Below, one piece after another: positions 59,618 through 64,000 of a DNA stretch of 64,000 nt (position 1 is the first letter of the stretch; the number at the start of each line of letters is the position of its first letter). Under the pieces are notes generated by a model. It worked only from the letters and a program-made list of their open reading frames with translations. It was not told the DNA's origin and ran no database searches. Origin of the DNA: Candidatus Melainabacteria bacterium 17Bon1m (GTDB taxonomy: Bacteria; Cyanobacteriota; Vampirovibrionia; Obscuribacterales; Obscuribacteraceae); assembly GCA_032128875.1 (NCBI GenBank), contig JAVLKG010000002.1:480001-544000 (forward strand), in the 5' to 3' direction. Made by a program: the position numbers and the translations under genes.

Positions 59618-60634
59618 ATGAACGAAATATTGACGCAGCCCAATGAATTGAAATCGCGATTCGATCTCGCCGGTCGAGGCCCTATTGTTGTCGATGGTGC
59701 GACCGGTTATCTCGGCAGTCACCTTGTCGCTGCACTTGCCGCATCCGGAGCCGATATTCGCTGCTTGGTGCATAAAGGCAGCAAAGCGGAGGATGTGCAG
59801 GTTCTCAAAAATTTGGGCGCTAAGGTTTTTGTTGGCGAACTAACAGGTAATGATGAGCAAGTCACCAGCGCATTTAAAGATGCGCGAGTCGGCGTTCATC
59901 TGATTGGCAGCATCGCGCCCAAGAAGGGGCTCAGCCACGATCTTCTCCATGTCGTTATGACCGATTCATTTATTGAAAAGTCTAAAGCAGGCGGAGTGGA
60001 AAATGCACTCATGGTCACCGCACTTGGTACCAAAGCAAATGCTCCCAGCACTTATCATGCCACCAAATGGTTGGCAGAAGAAAGCCTGCGTAAGAGTGGT
60101 TTGAATTCAACTATCCTGCGCCCGTCGCTGCTTGTGGGACGTCAGGTTGGACGAAGAAACAGTAAACTGGTCGATCGACTGCTTAAGGTTATTGCTGAGA
60201 AAAAAGCGGTGCCTCTGGTTAATGGTGGCGCAAACAAGTTGCAGCCGCTCTTCATCGGCGATATGGCAATGGCTGCAGTTGCGTCGATTGATAAGCTGAC
60301 CGGTGCAAATGGCGAAGTATCCGGCGGCGTCAATGACCACGGCTCAAAAGATCCGATTGAGCTGGGAGGCAACGAAATATTGCCCATGCGCGACTTTGTA
60401 AAACAGCTGATGGCCGTGCTTCACGTCGATAAATCAATAGTTACCCTTCCGTACCCGATTGCAATGGCGGCGGCTACTGTCTGTCAGTTGATTCAAGAAG
60501 TTCCAGTGCTTTCGTGCGATCAGGTCAAGCTGTCAATGCGGGATAATATCTGCACCGATAATCGAATTGAGGAGCTTCTGGGTGCGAAGCCTGTGCCCTT
60601 GAGTACCGCTCTTCAGGTCTATGCGTCTAAGTAG
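59618..60634 (+). CDS. Atypical SDR, NDUFA9/NAD(P)H-binding family
   Basis: DGATGYLG, VHLIG, TALG, YHATKWLAEE, TILRPS and LQPLFIGD. Confidence 0.85.
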   Translation: MNEILTQPNELKSRFDLAGRGPIVVDGATGYLGSHLVAALAASGADIRCLVHKGSKAEDVQVLKNLGAKVFVGELTGNDEQVTSAFKDARVGVHLIGSIAPKKGLSHDLLHVVMTDSFIEKSKAGGVENALMVTALGTKANAPSTYHATKWLAEESLRKSGLNSTILRPSLLVGRQVGRRNSKLVDRLLKVIAEKKAVPLVNGGANKLQPLFIGDMAMAAVASIDKLTGANGEVSGGVNDHGSKDPIELGGNEILPMRDFVKQLMAVLHVDKSIVTLPYPIAMAAATVCQLIQEVPVLSCDQVKLSMRDNICTDNRIEELLGAKPVPLSTALQVYASK

Positions 60635-60640
60635 GAATAA

Positions 60641-61672
60641 ATGGAAGCTCAGGGTCCCTTGAAAATTTTAGTCACCGGCGCAAGCGGTTTTATTGGCACC
60701 AGCCTGGTGCCGAAGCTTGTGGCATTAGGACATAAAGTTCGCACCATGGGGCGCAGTAGCTCGTGCCCCAAGGACTTTCAAGGATTGGCTTTGGAGCACA
60801 AGCGCGGGGATGTTACCAATCCTGAGCAGGTGCAGGACGCGGTTGCCGGCTGCGACGTTGTCTATCACCTGGCTGGTCTTGTCTCTTACAAGAAAAGGGA
60901 TTTGAATCGGCAGTATGCGGTCAATGTGCTCGGAACGCGTAATGTCCTTGATGCATGCTTGCGCAATAACGTGAAGCGCGTCATTCATACAAGCTCTGTT
61001 GCTGCTATGGGCATACCTGAAGAAGGACAGATTGCCGATGAAGAGTTCGAGTACAACCTGCATGGACTAGGACTTTCTTACTGCGACACCAAGCATGAAG
61101 CAGAGCTGGAAGTAAATTCTTTCGTCCGGCAGGGCTTACCTGTCATTATGCTCAACCCCGGTATCATATTTGGTGAAGGCGATACTCATCCTCATCATCA
61201 CGTGATCTTCGGCGCCATGGCTAAAGGATGGGCGGTAGGCGTGCCGCCTGGCGGTGTGCCGTTCTCAGACATCAATGATGTCGTAGACGCTCATATCAAC
61301 GCGCTTACGCAAGGGCGCACAGGCGAGAGATATGTGCTTGTCAGTGCAAACCTGACTATGAAAGAAGCAGGCACGATTTTTTCTAAAATCTTCGGGACGA
61401 GAGCACCTATGCTGGAAATCCCTGGTCCTTTGCTGGTTGGTTTAGGAACAGCAGTAGAAACGATATTTCCTCTCTTCGGACTCAATCCGGCGCTATCCAG
61501 ACAGGTTGCCTGGCTCAGTCAGCATAAAATCTTCTTTTCTTCGAAGAAGGCAGAAGAGGAGCTGAATTTCCACGCCACTCCATTTTCAGAAACGATTAAA
61601 AGAACCACGCCCTATTACCTGGGCAAATCTTCAAATGGAAAAGATGGGGCGCGAACATCTGTAAGAGTTTAA
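60641..61672 (+). CDS. Extended SDR, HpnA/dihydroflavonol-reductase-like
   Basis: VTGASGFIG, VYHLAG, NVLGTRNV, HTSSVAA, YCDTK, NPGIIFG and GRTGERY. Confidence 0.88.
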   Translation: MEAQGPLKILVTGASGFIGTSLVPKLVALGHKVRTMGRSSSCPKDFQGLALEHKRGDVTNPEQVQDAVAGCDVVYHLAGLVSYKKRDLNRQYAVNVLGTRNVLDACLRNNVKRVIHTSSVAAMGIPEEGQIADEEFEYNLHGLGLSYCDTKHEAELEVNSFVRQGLPVIMLNPGIIFGEGDTHPHHHVIFGAMAKGWAVGVPPGGVPFSDINDVVDAHINALTQGRTGERYVLVSANLTMKEAGTIFSKIFGTRAPMLEIPGPLLVGLGTAVETIFPLFGLNPALSRQVAWLSQHKIFFSSKKAEEELNFHATPFSETIKRTTPYYLGKSSNGKDGARTSVRV

Positions 61673-61741
61673 TACAGGCTCTTTCGTTCGATCACATCAA
61701 ATTGGCGAGCACTAAATATGGTGCTAACGCGCTCTTTCAAT

Positions 61742-62461
61742 CTACCGTGTTTCACCGACTGTGCGGGACTGTGTTTGTCCTTGCGTTCCTGTTTGTACAG
61801 GTGTAACGGTGCCGGGTGCAGCCGTTGTTGTTGCCGATGTGGCTTCCTGAATGCGACGCAGAGACAGCTTTTGTTCTTGCACGTTCTGATACAAAATTCT
61901 GTAATAGCGCGAAAGCATTTCGGTCTTCGCTGCCTTATAACCAGTCAGACATTCAGCAAACGCTTCATCGTACTTGCCGACCGAACTAAGTGTCTTGATC
62001 AAGCTGGCCCGGGCAGGGTCGTAATTAGCATTGCTCTTGAGTGCTTCTCTAAAGCAGGCTTCGGCATCATTGAGCCTACCCATTTTCGAATACGCTTCAC
62101 CCAGCGTGTAATTGTCGAAAGGAGTAGCTTTTGCCATCTTCTGAATGATTATCAGCTGGTACATAGCCTCTTGAAGCGAGCCATGGCGCAAAAGGGCAAA
62201 AGCGAGGTAGCGGCGGGCGGACACACTGTCCGGATCGGCTGTTACTGCTGCTGCCAAAATGCGAATGGCACCTTCATAGTTGCCTTTGCGCATTTGCTCA
62301 TAACCTTTTTGCAAATACTGTCCGACAGTAGCGCTTACGACTTTGGTTCTTGCCTGCGGCTTTGCCGGTGCCGAAGCAGTGGCTTGAGCTACATTCGATG
62401 AGATGCCGGTCGCTACGATAATCGCCCCGAGGGTAAACATCGCTGTCTTTCTGCCTGACAT
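61742..62461 (-). CDS. Secreted TPR protein
   Basis: Start moved to MSGRK (GGAG RBS); signal peptide and TPRs (QKGYEQM...ARRYLAFALL). Confidence 0.8.
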   Translation of the reverse strand: MSGRKTAMFTLGAIIVATGISSNVAQATASAPAKPQARTKVVSATVGQYLQKGYEQMRKGNYEGAIRILAAAVTADPDSVSARRYLAFALLRHGSLQEAMYQLIIIQKMAKATPFDNYTLGEAYSKMGRLNDAEACFREALKSNANYDPARASLIKTLSSVGKYDEAFAECLTGYKAAKTEMLSRYYRILYQNVQEQKLSLRRIQEATSATTTAAPGTVTPVQTGTQGQTQSRTVGETR

Positions 62462-62794
62462 CAAAAGCTCTCCTTGCCGATTCCGAACTTGTTTTAAAAC
62501 GCCATAGACGTTCCTAGCCAAATAGTAACACCATGAAAACATTGTGATTCAGTTTTCGGCCCAGTCCTGCCAATTTTGGCAATCAACGAATCAGCTTGGC
62601 GGACAAAGCCATGTACCAATCATGTTTGCCAGGAGGTTAAAAGGACCTCTTTGGAACTTGGTAATGCCACAGTTTGAATTGCAACTATGGCTACGATAAA
62701 GAATGGAAATTAGCTTAAGCCGTGCAGCAAAACTGCCCTAAATACGTCTCGGCATTGTGCCATAAAAATAGATCGCAATGCGAAACTACAATAT

Positions 62795-63469
62795 CTACGC
62801 TCCGGGAGGCGGCTCGTTAGATGGTGTCTGATCTTGCAGATTGTCGGGCGTGATATCGGGACGATCGATCGGTTTTACTTCCGGAACAGGCGTCAGCTCA
62901 AGTCTGCGAATCGCCAGGCGCAACTTATAGAGATAGGCTCTCTTCTTTTCGTCCGGAGTATCGGCAATAAGTTCGGCTAGAGTCTTGTAAGCAGTCTTGA
63001 AGTCACGCTGCATCGCTTTGGCTCTGACGATGCCACAACTTGCCCAGAAAAGCTCAGGATTTAGTTTTAGAGCGTCAGTGAATGCTTCTTCGGCTTGAAC
63101 GTAACTTCCGGCGATCAAATAGACTTCACCGAATGTGCACCAGTCAACAGCTCCGGGCGGTGACAAGCGTGTCAAGAGGATGAGCTGATCCAGCGCATCT
63201 TCTGCAGAACCTGCACACAGGAGTGCATATGCCAGGCAGCGTCTTGCCAGAGGATCGTTGTTGTTCTGCTTGACTGCTTCCCGGAATGTTGTGATTGCGC
63301 CTCTGTAATCAGCCTTTTTCAGCTGTTCGTAGCCCTTTTTCACAATCTGGGGAATTTCAGGAGCCTTGGTCTGTGCCGGTACCGCAAACGCGGGGGTGGC
63401 GGTGTTAATAGCAAGAAGCGTCGCCGCGATCCTCAAGACCATATCGACTTTTCTCACCCGCAGACTCAT
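62795..63469 (-). CDS. Secreted TPR protein, paralog of 61742..62461
   Basis: Signal peptide ending PAFA; KKGYEQL...ARRCLAYALL. Confidence 0.8.
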   Translation of the reverse strand: MSLRVRKVDMVLRIAATLLAINTATPAFAVPAQTKAPEIPQIVKKGYEQLKKADYRGAITTFREAVKQNNNDPLARRCLAYALLCAGSAEDALDQLILLTRLSPPGAVDWCTFGEVYLIAGSYVQAEEAFTDALKLNPELFWASCGIVRAKAMQRDFKTAYKTLAELIADTPDEKKRAYLYKLRLAIRRLELTPVPEVKPIDRPDITPDNLQDQTPSNEPPPGA

Positions 63470-63670
63470 ATCAGCTCTCCCGACTCGACTCAGAACAGAT
63501 CACTAGAAGCATCTTAACACCTGTCGTGCTCCGTATCACACTCAAAGACCGTTCTATGTGAGCTTTACATCTTATCTTTGACTGTTGTCACGGCTGACTA
63601 TATCCCAAAGATAACCAACAGTTAGAAATTGGTTGATTGGCTTCTCGCCCTCCGGCAGTTCAAGGAGACA

Positions 63671-64000
63671 TCAGTCTTGAGTGCTGCCGTAACTCTCATT
63701 AGACGTCAAATGCTGCTTGAGGCGGATCAATATTCCTTTGAGTAGGTCCGCTTCTCGCTTACTCGGATGCGTTCTTTGCCAGAGCTGTCTGAATTCAGTT
63801 TGCACCAGTTGGCGGTTGTATGTGCGCGAGAAATTCACAGAATCGGAAATCTGCCCGAACAGCTCGAGCAACTCATCGTCTATCGCGCCTGTTGAGAGTT
63901 CCGTTGCATTGTTTGGCCAACTTGATCTAGGAAAATTATTTCCCAACCGCGAGATCTCATACCCAATAACGCAAGCCGCTTGAGCCAGATTTAGAGACGG
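63671..64000 (-). CDS. trmJ: TrmJ/LasT-family SPOUT tRNA/rRNA methyltransferase, C-terminal part (5' end beyond the window)
   Basis: In-frame extension to the window edge reads PSLNLAQAACVIGYE (SPOUT motif 3), followed by the TrmJ-like C-terminal FRQLWQR...EADLLKGIL. Confidence 0.8.
   Translation of the reverse strand, partial: PSLNLAQAACVIGYEISRLGNNFPRSSWPNNATELSTGAIDDELLELFGQISDSVNFSRTYNRQLVQTEFRQLWQRTHPSKREADLLKGILIRLKQHLTSNESYGSTQD

Noticed and set aside
61718-62401. 227-aa Cys-rich + strand ORF continuing the GH3 operon direction
   Set aside because: Antisense shadow of the TPR gene, which has an RBS, a signal peptide and a neighbouring paralog.

Overview
Gene-dense bacterial chromosomal window with about 50 CDS. 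I found no rRNA, tRNA, CRISPR array, transposase or integrase. Gene content suggests, by inference only, a non-photosynthetic relative of cyanobacteria (Melainabacteria/Vampirovibrionia, Obscuribacterales-like): a long cyanobacterial/plant-type IspH, a Zn-ribbon/Ser-Thr kinase/TM/LRR protein, and many secreted TPR proteins. Housekeeping genes include an acyl-CoA synthetase, etfB-etfA-ETF:quinone oxidoreductase, fabI, tdh-kbl, htrA, phhB, ispH-hemE-hemY, ppx and a partial trmJ. The best candidate for an undescribed system is a divergent biosynthetic-looking cluster at 50.9-61.7 kb. Its tightly coupled + strand operon encodes a Cys-nucleophile alpha/beta hydrolase, an enolase-superfamily enzyme with an altered base, a plant-like GH3 acyl-amido synthetase, three extended SDRs and a mini Mpo1/DUF962 protein. 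It faces a - strand trio: an UndA/heme-oxygenase-like protein with altered ligands, an ICMT/PEMT-type methyltransferase and an exported START/SRPBCC protein. Together these suggest synthesis of a modified lipid-amino acid conjugate. Other oddities are a LOG/SLOG domain fused to a long Gly/Ala-rich membrane-type N-terminus, a protein with a 30-proline run and a degenerate nuclease-like C-terminus paired with a tail-anchored pseudo-receiver, a bifurcating-type ETF with an 8-Cys FixCX-like fusion, a divergent Hfq/Sm-like protein, a probable ATT start codon and a 13-bp intergenic tandem repeat. All family assignments come from motif recognition by eye; no database searches were run.
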